Assembly: GCA_021803035.1 (NCBI GenBank)
Contig: JAJZME010000067.1
Coordinates: 14,236-78,235 of the forward strand
Length of the DNA stretch: 64,000 nt
Source: Acidobacteriota bacterium
GTDB taxonomy: Bacteria > Acidobacteriota > Terriglobia > Terriglobales > Acidobacteriaceae
Direction: 5' to 3'
Below are positions 50,592-60,064 of the stretch, one piece after another. The translations under genes were made by a program, and so were the position numbers. The stretch's first letter is position 1. Every line of letters starts with the position of its first letter. A model generated the notes under the pieces. That model was not told the origin of the DNA. It ran no database searches and was given only the letters and a program-made list of their open reading frames with translations.

Positions 50592-51374
50592 TCAGTTTTT
50601 GTGGAACCGCGCGGCCACACTCTCTGCCCCGCGCGCCAACAGGCCGACGTCGCTGCCTGCCGCCGTAAAGTTGTAACCCATCGCGATGAGCGGCTCCACA
50701 TCGTCGAGATTGCCCGACAACGTGCCCGCCGCCTTGCCCGCCGCGCGAATGCGCTGCGCGGCATCCTTGATCGCCGCCTGCACCTCGGGATGCCTGGGAT
50801 TACCCAGGTGACCGAAGTCCGCGGCCAGATCGCTTGGCCCGATGAACATTCCATCCACGCCGTCCACGGCCGCGATGGCCTCGATTTCCTTCAAGGCATT
50901 CCTGCTTTCAAGCTGTACCAGAATACACGTGTCGAGGTGCGCGTTGCGGTGATAGTCGCGCACGCGGCCATAGTCGTTGGCGCGCGGCACCACGGCCACG
51001 CCGCGTATGCCGAGCGGAGGATAGCGTGCCGCGGCCACGGCCTTGCGCGCCTCCTCGGCATTCTGCACAAATGGGACCAGCAATGACCGCGCGCCGGCGT
51101 CGAGCGCGCGCTTGATGATCACCGGTTCGTTCCACGGCACGCGGAAGACCGGCTCCGCCGTGCCGCCGCGCATGGCCTGAAGCTGCATCACCAGCAACGG
51201 GATGTCGTTAGGCGCGTGCTCGCCGTCGATAACGATCCAGTCAAAGCCGGCGCCAGCCAGAATCTCCGCGCCAATCGCGCTCGTCATGCTGCACCAAAGC
51301 CCGATCTGGCGCTCGCACGCCGCAAGCGCCTGCTTGAAAAGATTGCGCGACATATTTGCCGATTCACCGGACAT
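50592..51374 (-). CDS. garL: HpcH/HpaI-family aldolase (5-dehydro-4-deoxyglucarate aldolase-like)
   Basis: FDWIVIDGEHAPND and VPWNEPVIIKRALDAGA... motifs. Start moved to the ATG at 51374, which has GGAGG 11 nt upstream (the track start is GTG at 51386). Confidence 0.75.
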   Translation of the reverse strand: MSGESANMSRNLFKQALAACERQIGLWCSMTSAIGAEILAGAGFDWIVIDGEHAPNDIPLLVMQLQAMRGGTAEPVFRVPWNEPVIIKRALDAGARSLLVPFVQNAEEARKAVAAARYPPLGIRGVAVVPRANDYGRVRDYHRNAHLDTCILVQLESRNALKEIEAIAAVDGVDGMFIGPSDLAADFGHLGNPRHPEVQAAIKDAAQRIRAAGKAAGTLSGNLDDVEPLIAMGYNFTAAGSDVGLLARGAESVAARFHKN

Positions 51375-51436
51375 AACTTCGTTCACCTCCTGCTCTTACA
51401 AAGCGCTGAGCGCGCCGCGGTGGCCGGAGGCAGCAA

Positions 51437-52837
51437 CTACTGCGTGCTGCCGGCCGCTGCCGGAACGGATAACTCGATGCGCTTGATCTCGCCCACAATG
51501 GGGCCATAACTCACGATGGCGCAGAATGCTACGAAGCTCACGAATACCAGCGCCAGATTGAACGAGTGCGTTGTTTGCACGATTAAGCCGATGATAATGG
51601 GCGTGGTGATGCCGGCCACGTTGCCAAAAAGGTTGAACAGCGCTCCATTCATCCCCACCAGTCCCTTTGGCGAAGTATCGGATACGACGGTCCAGCCCAG
51701 CGCGCCAATCCCCTTGCCAAAGAATGAAATCGACATGAACAGGAGCATGACGATTTGCGCGCTGGCGTAGTTGCAGGCAATCATCGTCATGGCCAGCGCC
51801 ATTCCCGCCATGATGGGCGCCTTGCGCGCAAAGCTGAGCGAGCGGCCGCTGCGCAATAGCCGGTCTGAGATCACGCCACCAAGAATGCCGCCGAAGCCTC
51901 CGCATAGCCCGGGCACCGCAGCCGCGAAACCGGCCTTCAGAATCGACATGTGGCGTGCCTGCTGCAGATACACCGGAAACCAGGTAATAAAAAACCAGGT
52001 GAGCGTCGTAATGCAATACTGGCCGATGTAAACGCCCACTAACATGCGATGACTCAAGAGCATTTTCACCGTGCCCCAGGTGAGCGGGTTGACCTTGGCC
52101 TTTGCTTTCGCGTCGTCATCGGTATTCACCAGGCCGCCGCCGCGCTCGATGTAGTCGATCTCGCTCCTGGAGATGTGCGGATGCTGCTTGACGCCAAAGA
52201 TGTTCGTGAACCAGACCACGGTCAGCACCGCGCCCAGCGCGCCCATAAACCAGAAGCAGCTTCTCCAGCCCATGAAGTGAATGAGCCATCCAAAGATGGG
52301 CGCGAAGATGGGCAACGCAAAATACTGCGAGGCGTTGAAGATGGCCGAAGCGCGTCCGCGCTCGGCGGTGGGAAACCACGCGGCGACGATGCGCCCGTTG
52401 CCGGGAAATACTGGCGATTGCGCAAGGCCGGAGCAGAGCCGCAGGATGAAGATCGCTGTAAACGCCAGGCTCGGTCCAAGGTAGCCGGCAAATGCAGTGA
52501 GGAAGGCAAATATCGACCACAAGATGATGCTGATGCCGTAGACGCGCTTCGATCCGAAGCGATCGAGCAGCCCACCCGACGGCAATTGTCCCAGCACATA
52601 CGCCCAACTAAAGCCGGAAAACAGCTCGCCCAGCCGCAGCGGCGTCAGGTCGATCGCCTTCTGCATGGAAGTCCCCGCCAGCGACAGCGCCACGCGGTCG
52701 CCATAGCTGAAGCAACTCACCGCGAAGATGATCGCGATGACGAGATAGCGTACGCGGGTTTCTCCCGTTTCCGGCACTGCCGAACATCCATTCCGCCCGG
52801 TCATCCGCTGAGCGTGATTCCCTGAGCTTGATTCCAT
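51437..52837 (-). CDS. MFS anion:cation symporter family transporter (glucarate/galactarate/galactonate-type)
   Basis: RYLVIAIIFAVSCFSYGDRVALSLAG is an ACS-family N-terminus. It has 12 TM segments. The alternative start at 52804 is possible. Confidence 0.8.
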   Translation of the reverse strand: MESSSGNHAQRMTGRNGCSAVPETGETRVRYLVIAIIFAVSCFSYGDRVALSLAGTSMQKAIDLTPLRLGELFSGFSWAYVLGQLPSGGLLDRFGSKRVYGISIILWSIFAFLTAFAGYLGPSLAFTAIFILRLCSGLAQSPVFPGNGRIVAAWFPTAERGRASAIFNASQYFALPIFAPIFGWLIHFMGWRSCFWFMGALGAVLTVVWFTNIFGVKQHPHISRSEIDYIERGGGLVNTDDDAKAKAKVNPLTWGTVKMLLSHRMLVGVYIGQYCITTLTWFFITWFPVYLQQARHMSILKAGFAAAVPGLCGGFGGILGGVISDRLLRSGRSLSFARKAPIMAGMALAMTMIACNYASAQIVMLLFMSISFFGKGIGALGWTVVSDTSPKGLVGMNGALFNLFGNVAGITTPIIIGLIVQTTHSFNLALVFVSFVAFCAIVSYGPIVGEIKRIELSVPAAAGSTQ

Positions 52838-52930
52838 CCGAATCTACTTGGGCACAGTGCTCATGCGCCCAGACCGCCAGGCCGGCCGAAGCGTACGAGC
52901 CCGCATCTTGCCGTCGCGGAAAATACCGTA

Positions 52931-53037
52931 AGACATCATATATGTAAAACGCGCCATTCGACTAGACGACAAATTTTCCGGGATAACGAACATAAAATAT
53001 TCGAAAAGATGACGGCATTTCGAATGATATGATGTCT
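52931..53037. promoter_or_regulatory. AT-rich divergent control region with nested inverted repeats / GT-N3-AC half-sites (candidate FadR/GntR operators)
   Basis: A perfect 11-bp inverted repeat AGACATCATAT (52931..52941) / ATATGATGTCT (53027..53037). An inner pair reads ATATTCGAAA ... TTTCGAATGATAT. TGTCTGACA and CGTAAGACA fit the N-GT-N3-AC-N motif. Confidence 0.45.
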
Positions 53038-53069
53038 GACAAGTACAACTGACTGGGGAGAGACCAACG

Positions 53070-53810
53070 ATGGGCACCAACGGCACAAAGCACTCCGGCA
53101 GCCTCACGGAGCGGGTCGTGGCGCACGTCACTTCCATGATCGAGAGCGGTTCCCTGCTGCCGGGCGCCAAACTGCCTACGGAGTCGGAATTTGTCCGCCA
53201 GCAGGGCGTAAGCCGCACGGTGGTGCGCGAGGCAATCAGCAAGCTGCAGGCCGCGAGCCTGGTGGAAACGCGCCACGGCGTGGGCTCCTTCGTGCGGGAG
53301 CAGCCGGCCGGCGAGGGCCTGCGCCTGAAGCGCCGCAGCGTCAACACCGCCGCCGACATTCTGGCCATCCTTGAAGTCCGCATCGGCGTTGAAACCGAAG
53401 CCGCGGCGTTGGCCGCGGCGCGCCGCACCAGCAGCAATCTGCAGGCCATGGCATCCGCGATGAAAGCGTTCATGCAGGAAATCCGGCAGGGCCGCAGCGC
53501 CGTCGATCCGGATTTCCAGTTTCACCTTGAGATTGCGCGGGCCGCACGCAATCCGTGCTTTCTTGACATCTTCACGGCGCTGGGCCTCAAGGCGATTCCC
53601 CGCTCCCGCTATCAAATCGACGAGCACGAGCCGCAGCGGCAGGAGTATCTGAAGCGGATCAGCAACGAGCACGAGGACATCTACGGCGCCATCCTGCGCG
53701 GCGATGCCGAGACGGCGCGCGCGGCCGTGCGCAACCACCTGGGCAACAGCCGTGAGCGCATGCGCCGCGTCGTCGAAACGCGAGAAGCACAAGGAGTAAA
53801 GAGCCGATGA
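53070..53810 (+). CDS. GntR-family (FadR subfamily) transcriptional regulator
   Basis: LPGAKLPTESEFVRQQGVSRTVVREAISKLQAASLVETRHGVGSFV winged helix plus a helical FCD-like C-terminal domain. Confidence 0.88.
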   Translation: MGTNGTKHSGSLTERVVAHVTSMIESGSLLPGAKLPTESEFVRQQGVSRTVVREAISKLQAASLVETRHGVGSFVREQPAGEGLRLKRRSVNTAADILAILEVRIGVETEAAALAAARRTSSNLQAMASAMKAFMQEIRQGRSAVDPDFQFHLEIARAARNPCFLDIFTALGLKAIPRSRYQIDEHEPQRQEYLKRISNEHEDIYGAILRGDAETARAAVRNHLGNSRERMRRVVETREAQGVKSR

Positions 53811-53942
53811 ACGAGCGCTCAGATGCGGCCGGCCAGCCGCCGCACGGCCGCCATGCAATTCCTTGTTCGCGGCCGAAATTCGATTCCCGGCGCACTTGCT
53901 TTGTGCGCTGCGAGCGAATTAGCTAATAGGCAGGAAGAGACC

Positions 53943-55499
53943 ATGAAGACCGCCGCTCCATCGGTCACGCAGCCGCGAGCCATTCGCGTTCACGACGACG
54001 ACAACGTGGCCGTCGTCGTGAACCAGGGCGGGCTCGCCGCCGGCGCTCGTCTTGATCTGGGCGTCACCCTGCGCGAAGACGTGCCCGAGGCGCACAAGGT
54101 GGCTCTTGCCGACTTGGCCGCGGGCGACCGCATCGTGCGCTACGGGACCGTGATCGGATACGCCCGCCGGTCCATCGCGCACGGCAGTTGGGTGCATGAG
54201 GGGCTGATCGATCCGCCTCAGCCGCCGGCGCTCGCAGACTGCCCGCTGGCCACCGCACCGCCCGCGCCGCTGCCCCGTCTGGAAGGATTCACCTTTGACG
54301 GCTTTCGCAACGCCGACGGCTCGGTGGGCACCAAGAATATCCTCGCCATCGCCACCACGGTGCAATGTACGGCGCCCACGGTGAAGCACGCCGTGGAACG
54401 CATCAAGGCCGAGCTGCTGCCGCGCTATCCCAACGTGGACGACGTGGTCGCCATCGCGCACCATTACGGCTGCGGCGTGGCCATCGATGCGCCCGGCGCT
54501 GCCGTGCCCATCCGCACCCTGCGCAATCTGAGCCTGAATCCCAACTTTGGCGGCGAGCTGTTGCTGGTAAGCCTGGGCTGCGAGAAGCTGCAACCCGAAC
54601 GGATGCTCGGCGGCGGCGCGCTGAAGGTGCTCGCCGGCGAGACTTCGGTGGCCGTGCTGCAGGATGCCGAGCAGGGTTTTGGCGAGATGGTGGCGCACAT
54701 CATGGCGCTGGCCGAGCCCAAGCTGCAAAGGCTGAACCAGCGCCACCGCGTGCCGTGCCCGGCTTCGGATCTGGTCGTTGGCCTGCAGTGCGGAGGCTCG
54801 GACGCCTTCTCCGGCGTCACCGCAAATCCGGCCGTGGGCTTCGCCGCCGATTTGCTGGTCCGCGCCGGCGCCACGGTGATGTTCTCCGAGGTGACGGAGG
54901 TGCGCGACGCCGCGCATCTGCTCACGGCGCGCGCCGCCACGGCTGAAGTGGCGCAGGCCTTCATCCGCGAGATGGCGTGGTACGACGAATATCTGCGGCT
55001 GGGCGGGGCCGACCGCGCGGCCAATCCCACGCCGGGCAACAAGCGCGGCGGCCTGGCCAACGTGGTTGAAAAGGCGATGGGCTCCATTGCCAAGGCCGGA
55101 TCAACGGCGCTGATGGGCGTGGCCGGTCCCGGCGAGCGTGTGACGCAGAAGGGCCTGGTTTTTGCCGCCACGCCGGCCAGCGATTTCATCTGCGGCACGC
55201 TGCAACTGGCCGCCTCGATGAACATGCACATCTTCACCACCGGCCGCGGCACGCCCTACGGGCTGGCGGTTGTGCCGGTCATCAAAGTGGCAACGAACAG
55301 CGGCTTGGCCCGCCGCTGGCCGGATCTGATCGACGTCGACGCGGGCCGCATCGCAACCAGCGAGGCGACCGTGGAGGATATCGGCTGGGAGATCTTCCGG
55401 CTGATTCTGGAGGTCGCCGGCGGCCGCAAGAAAACTTGGGCCGACCATTGGGGATTGCACAACGAGTTTGTCCTCTTCAACCCCGGGCCGGTAACGTAG
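53943..55499 (+). CDS. garD: UxaA-family sugar-acid dehydratase (galactarate dehydratase/altronate hydrolase-like)
   Basis: Start trimmed to the ATG at 53943. An SAF-like N-terminus ([13 protein letters not shown]...HKVAL..L..GD.I.RYG..IG.A) is followed by the GCG..I and CGGSD blocks of UxaA/GarD. Confidence 0.8.
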   Translation: MKTAAPSVTQPRAIRVHDDDNVAVVVNQGGLAAGARLDLGVTLREDVPEAHKVALADLAAGDRIVRYGTVIGYARRSIAHGSWVHEGLIDPPQPPALADCPLATAPPAPLPRLEGFTFDGFRNADGSVGTKNILAIATTVQCTAPTVKHAVERIKAELLPRYPNVDDVVAIAHHYGCGVAIDAPGAAVPIRTLRNLSLNPNFGGELLLVSLGCEKLQPERMLGGGALKVLAGETSVAVLQDAEQGFGEMVAHIMALAEPKLQRLNQRHRVPCPASDLVVGLQCGGSDAFSGVTANPAVGFAADLLVRAGATVMFSEVTEVRDAAHLLTARAATAEVAQAFIREMAWYDEYLRLGGADRAANPTPGNKRGGLANVVEKAMGSIAKAGSTALMGVAGPGERVTQKGLVFAATPASDFICGTLQLAASMNMHIFTTGRGTPYGLAVVPVIKVATNSGLARRWPDLIDVDAGRIATSEATVEDIGWEIFRLILEVAGGRKKTWADHWGLHNEFVLFNPGPVT

Positions 55500-55503
55500 A
55501 GGC

Positions 55504-56274
55504 TCAACAGGGCCGCGTTGCGGCCTGGGAGTTATCCCACCCTTTTCGCAAAAGGCGCGGAAGGATCGGGCATCTATGGTTATGGCACTGGTAGCACTTT
55601 GGAAGGTTGAGTGGGCTGGCCAACCCGTCGCTTTCGCGGCGCCGCGCGCGTCGTGAATCTATCGGTGGGTACCCACCAACTCCGTTCGCCTTGGCAGCTT
55701 GGGCAGGTCCTATTTCATTTCTATCCAGGAATGAGCCGCCAGTGCGGGATATCCCGGCGAGTTCGGGACGGTTCCAGAAATCGTCCATAACTTGGCGGAC
55801 GCTCTCCGTTTGGGTGATGTAGTAGTTCGGAAGGGCGACCTCGAAGTTCCTGTGTCCGGCTAGAAGGCTGGCTGCGAGGAGATATTGCTCGGAGTAGAAC
55901 CAATGCGCACGCCATGGTGGATAATCCAACGGAAGAAAAATGAAGATTCTCCAACTCAGAATGCACATCACGGCGAGCAGGTTCACCAACCGTGCCGCGG
56001 TTCGCAAGCGGGATTGTTCGGCCTTGCAACCCGACTTCATGATTTTGTGAAAGGTCTCGATCTTCCATCGCAGCGCGTACCATTGCACTTTTTCGATCGC
56101 CTCACGACGGGAAGCCACCGGCAAATCGGTAATCAGCTTCCAGTCGATGCGGTCTCGCCCGCATGGCGTTTCCTGCTCTCGGGCCTCAATCACCGTCACC
56201 GTCAGTTCTGGGTATCGTTTTTTCTTGCCCTTCGGTGACTGAATCCGCAAGCGCCGATAGCGAATCTCCAGCAC
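55504..56274 (-). mobile_element. IS4-family (Tn5/IS50-like) transposase gene remnant, 5'-truncated
   Basis: The ORF carries the IS4 Y-(2)-R-(3)-E-(6)-K signature (YALRWKIETFHKIMK), but that signature sits only about 65 aa from the ORF start. The first two DDE residues and the DNA-binding N-terminus (roughly 250 aa) are therefore missing. GC is visibly lower than in the flanks. Confidence 0.7.
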
Positions 56275-56376
56275 TGCTACCGACGGTTCTCCCGGCCGGT
56301 CACGAACTGAGACACGGTAGAATCCGCGGCGCGGAGTCTGCGCATCCTTTCCGCCGCGGTCTCTAGAAACTGCCTT

Positions 56377-56928
56377 TTACCGTCCCATGCGGTGCTTGCT
56401 GGCGTTGATTGCCGCCCGGGCCTCGCGGTCGGCCTCGCGGCGGCGCTCGGTTTCCCGCTTGTCCCAGTCCTGCTTGCCCTTGGCCAGGGCCAGCTCGCAT
56501 TTGACCCGGCCATGGCGAAAATAGAGGCGGGTGGGAATGAGCGTATGGCCCTTCACCTGCGTCTTGGAGAATAGCTTGCGAATCTCATCACGGTGCAGCA
56601 GCAGCTTGCGCGTGCGGGTTTCGTCGTGATTGGCGATGTTGCCGTGGGAGTAAGGTCCGATATGCATGTTGAGCAAAAACGCTTCCCCGTCCTTGATGAG
56701 GCCGTAAGCATCCTTCAGGTTGGCTTTGCCTTCGCGGATCGACTTCACCTCGGTGCCGCGCAGCGCCACGCCCGCCTCGTATTTTTCCAGCAGAAAGTAG
56801 TTGTGGCCGGCGGCGCGGTTGTGCGCGGCGTCGCGCTCGCCGCTGGCCACCGGATCGCGCGGGCGGGGCGGCTTGCCGGGCGCGGAAGCGCCTTTGGGTA
56901 CAACAACGTGGCTGGATTGGCGGGCCAT
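56377..56928 (-). CDS. smpB: SsrA-binding protein
   Basis: N..A.HNYFLLEKYEAGVALRGTEVKSIREGKANLKDAY......EAFLLNMHI.PY and KLLLHR.EI.KL are SmpB hallmarks. There is a 35-aa basic/Pro-rich N-terminal extension. Confidence 0.93.
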   Translation of the reverse strand: MARQSSHVVVPKGASAPGKPPRPRDPVASGERDAAHNRAAGHNYFLLEKYEAGVALRGTEVKSIREGKANLKDAYGLIKDGEAFLLNMHIGPYSHGNIANHDETRTRKLLLHRDEIRKLFSKTQVKGHTLIPTRLYFRHGRVKCELALAKGKQDWDKRETERRREADREARAAINASKHRMGR

Positions 56929-57100
56929 GGGGCGGCTTCCTCAACTCTTCATGCTAGCATTGGCGCGAACTTTGCCCGCGCCGTACTGGGGCTTTGTTAA
57001 AATGAAGCATTATCGCGTCGATTGCATCGCCAGCCAGTGCGGCGTCAACGTTGGCGTCGACGTATGCCGGCGCAACCGGCAAGCGCCCGGCGGTAGAGAT

Positions 57101-59548
57101 ATGTCTGTCCTGGCGCCGGGGGGTGCGATGAAATTCCGACCTTTTTCTCGATCCGCGTCCGGAGCCGGCTTGGCTGGGACTCTGTTCCGGCTTGCGTCGA
57201 TCGCGGTTCTGGGCGTTTTCTGCCTGTCCAGCGTGACCCTTCACGCTGAGTCGTTACGGAAGATCTTCAAGCGCGGGCAGCAGGCAGAGGCACGCCAGGA
57301 CTACGATGCAGCCTTCAACGACTACCAGTTTGTCTATCACCACGATCCTGAAAATTTGCGTTACCGCATCGCCTACTACCGGGTGCGCATCACCGACGCG
57401 GCCATGCACGTGACCAAGGGCCGCGAGCTTTATCAGGCCGGCGACCTGCAGGGCGCGCTGGTGGAATTCATGCACGCCAGCGTGATCGACCCGGCCGACG
57501 AGGCGGCCCAGCAGGGTATCGCCCTCATCCGCGCCAAGGAAACCGGCGTCCAGCCGCCGCGAACCGCGCTCCCCTTGCCCTCCACTGAGCGGCGGGAGAT
57601 CGCTTCACTGGCCGCACCCCCCATGCTGGAGCCCCTGTCGAACGCACCGATCAGCCTGCACATGACCGAGGACGCCAAGGTGATCTACGAGGCCATCGGC
57701 AAGGCGGCCGGGATCAACGTGCTCTTTGACCCCGATTACCATTCCAATCGCATCCAGGTGAATCTCAACAATGTTTCCCTGCTGAATGCGTTGCGCATTC
57801 TGGCCACCATGTCGAACACGTTCTGGCGCCCCGTCACTTCCAACACCATTTTTGTGGCCCAGAACACCCGCATCAAACACACTGAACTCGACGAGGAAGC
57901 GGTTCAGACCTTTTACCTGACCAACGCCTGGCAGCAGAACGACATGAACGACGTGCAGACGGCGTTGCGCAGCGTGATCCGCAACGCACAGTTTTATGGC
58001 GTAGCCAGCCAGAATGCCATCGTGGCCCGGGGCACGCCGGACGAACTGTTGCTGGCGCAGAAGATTATCGAGGACCTCGACAAGGCGCAGCCGGAAGTGG
58101 TGGTGGACTTCGCCGTACTGGAGGTGAGCAAAAACTGGGAGCGGACGCTGGGCATCACCTGGCCAAGCTCGATTGGCGTGACCATTCAGCCGCCTACATC
58201 GTCCAGCTCCAGCAGTTCGTCGTCATCGTCTTCGGGTGTATCGACCAGCGGCGTGCCCACGCTGTATAACCTGGCGCACCTGACGGCGTCCGACTTTGCC
58301 GTGAATGTCGGCTCAGCCACGCTCAATCTGCTGCTGACCAACTCCCAGACGCAGATTCTGCAAAGCCCCAGCATCCGCGCCCTTAGCGGGCAGAAGGCCA
58401 CGTTGACCATTGGCTCGCGCATCCCTATCGCCACCGGTTCGTACCAGACCGGCGCCGCAACCGCGCTGGTCAGCTCGCTGGTCAACACCCAGTTCCAGTA
58501 CATCAATGTAGGCGTGAAGATCACCGTGACGCCGGCCGTGCACTATAACAGCACGGTGACGCTGAATCTTGGCGTCGAGGTCAGCTCGCAAAGCGGCTCG
58601 GTCAATATCAGCGGCGTGACCGAGCCGATCATCAGCCAGCGCGTCATCAATCAGGTCATCACCCTGCGCGAGGGCCAGGCCAGCATTCTGGGCGGCATTC
58701 AGAACAAGCAGATGCAGCAGAACTCGAATGCCATCCCCGGCCTGGGCACCCTGCCGATTCTCAGATATATCTTCGGCTCCCAGGATCACATCATTCAGAA
58801 CGACGATATCGTCTTCGTGGTGGTGCCGCACATTGTCCGCAATCAGGTCCTGACGCCGGGGAATCTGCGCCCCATCGACACGGGCGCGGGAGATTTCATC
58901 AACCTGCGCATGAGGCCGGAGACGGCTTCCGCGATGGCCGCCAAGCCCACCGTTTTTGTGCAGCCGCATATGGGCACGGTGCCGGGCGTATCGGCGGCGG
59001 GGGCGGCTCCGGCGGCCATGGAGCAGTTGAAAGCGATGGATGAGAACCGGGCCAATCCACCGCAGGCGGTCAGTCCGCCTGCCGCGGTTTCACCGCCTGC
59101 GGGCGCGGCGGCCGCGCCCAGTCCGCCCCCGGGCGGCAGCTTGGCCTTCCGGCTGAACCCGCCACCCGGCCCGGTCGCCATCGGCAGTACCTTCCAGGTG
59201 CCGCTGGTGCTGAGCGGGGGCGTCAACGTGAACTCCATTCCGGTGCAAATGCGATACGATCCGGCGCACCTGTCGCTGATCAACGTCTCCCAGGGAACAT
59301 TCCTGGGGCAGGGCGGGCAGGCGGTTGCGCTGGTCCATCGGGATGATGGTCCGGGCGATGTGACCATTGTCGCCTCGCGCCCGCCGGGTGCGCCCGGGTT
59401 GAGCGGTTCGGGGGTCGTCTGCGTCCTTACTTTCCAGGCGAAGACTGCGGGATCGAGCGCGCTGACCATCACCCGCGCCGGGATTGTCAACAGCGCGCAG
59501 AAGCAAGTGCCGGCCGGGAATTCGCAGGTTCGCATCACAGTCAAGTAG
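57101..59548 (+). CDS. Secretin (GspD/PilQ-family) with N-terminal TPR-like region and C-terminal cohesin-like domain
   Basis: The start is uncertain (ATG at 57002, 57101 or 57128). There is a signal-like segment LASIAVLGVFCLSSVTLHA and a TPR-like region. The secretin core is ILQSPSIRALSGQKATLTIG...QFQYINVGVKITVTP...AIPGLGTLPILRYIFG. A Pro/Ala linker follows. The C-terminus FQVPLVLSGG..IPVQMRYDPAHLSLINVSQG...VVCVLTFQAKTAGSSALTI follows the cohesin pattern. Confidence 0.8.
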   Translation: MSVLAPGGAMKFRPFSRSASGAGLAGTLFRLASIAVLGVFCLSSVTLHAESLRKIFKRGQQAEARQDYDAAFNDYQFVYHHDPENLRYRIAYYRVRITDAAMHVTKGRELYQAGDLQGALVEFMHASVIDPADEAAQQGIALIRAKETGVQPPRTALPLPSTERREIASLAAPPMLEPLSNAPISLHMTEDAKVIYEAIGKAAGINVLFDPDYHSNRIQVNLNNVSLLNALRILATMSNTFWRPVTSNTIFVAQNTRIKHTELDEEAVQTFYLTNAWQQNDMNDVQTALRSVIRNAQFYGVASQNAIVARGTPDELLLAQKIIEDLDKAQPEVVVDFAVLEVSKNWERTLGITWPSSIGVTIQPPTSSSSSSSSSSSSGVSTSGVPTLYNLAHLTASDFAVNVGSATLNLLLTNSQTQILQSPSIRALSGQKATLTIGSRIPIATGSYQTGAATALVSSLVNTQFQYINVGVKITVTPAVHYNSTVTLNLGVEVSSQSGSVNISGVTEPIISQRVINQVITLREGQASILGGIQNKQMQQNSNAIPGLGTLPILRYIFGSQDHIIQNDDIVFVVVPHIVRNQVLTPGNLRPIDTGAGDFINLRMRPETASAMAAKPTVFVQPHMGTVPGVSAAGAAPAAMEQLKAMDENRANPPQAVSPPAAVSPPAGAAAAPSPPPGGSLAFRLNPPPGPVAIGSTFQVPLVLSGGVNVNSIPVQMRYDPAHLSLINVSQGTFLGQGGQAVALVHRDDGPGDVTIVASRPPGAPGLSGSGVVCVLTFQAKTAGSSALTITRAGIVNSAQKQVPAGNSQVRITVK

Positions 59549-59559
59549 GAGTGGCATTC

Positions 59560-60036
59560 ATGAGCGTTCATTCTCCAATCCGCGCTGGCCGCGGCCGGGA
59601 AAGTGGCCTTACGCTCATTGAACTGATTGTGACGGTCTTCATCCTGTCGATTCTGGCATCGGCGGCAATTCCTCTGGATCGCTTTGTGTACAAGCGCCAA
59701 AAGGAACAGGAACTACGCCGCGACTTGTGGAATATGCGCGACGCCATCGATCGCTACAAGAACGCGGCCGATCGGGGCGCCTTCCAGACCAAGGTGGGCA
59801 CCGACAACTATCCGCCCAACCTGGAGACGCTGGTCAAGGGCGTGGAAGTGAAGGGCAAGAGGTTGAGATTTCTGCGCCGCATTCCCATCGACCCCATGAC
59901 CGGAAAGGCCACCTGGGGTTTGCGCTGCGCGCAGGACTCCCAGACTTCGACCAGTTGGTGCGGCGATGACGTGTTCGACGTGTACTCCAAGTCCCAGGGA
60001 ACAGCCCTGAACGGAACCAAGTACGATACCTGGTAG
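59560..60036 (+). CDS. GspG-like type II secretion pseudopilin
   Basis: ATG at 59560, 8 nt after AGGAG. Prepilin motif G|LTLIELIVTVFILSILASAAIP. It also has RRIPIDPMTGK..W and the C-terminal YDTW typical of T2SS-G proteins. Confidence 0.8.
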   Translation: MSVHSPIRAGRGRESGLTLIELIVTVFILSILASAAIPLDRFVYKRQKEQELRRDLWNMRDAIDRYKNAADRGAFQTKVGTDNYPPNLETLVKGVEVKGKRLRFLRRIPIDPMTGKATWGLRCAQDSQTSTSWCGDDVFDVYSKSQGTALNGTKYDTW

Positions 60037-60064
60037 GCTTTAAGCCAGTAAAACAGAGGGCATT

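Noticed and set aside
55500-57100. Expected a tmRNA (ssrA) gene beside smpB.
   Set aside because: There is no tRNA-like 3' end (GGUUCGAAUCC...CCACCA) and no GGGGCUGA-type 5' end on either strand near smpB. The only TTCGAATCC T-loop in the window belongs to tRNA-Lys at 26284..26359.
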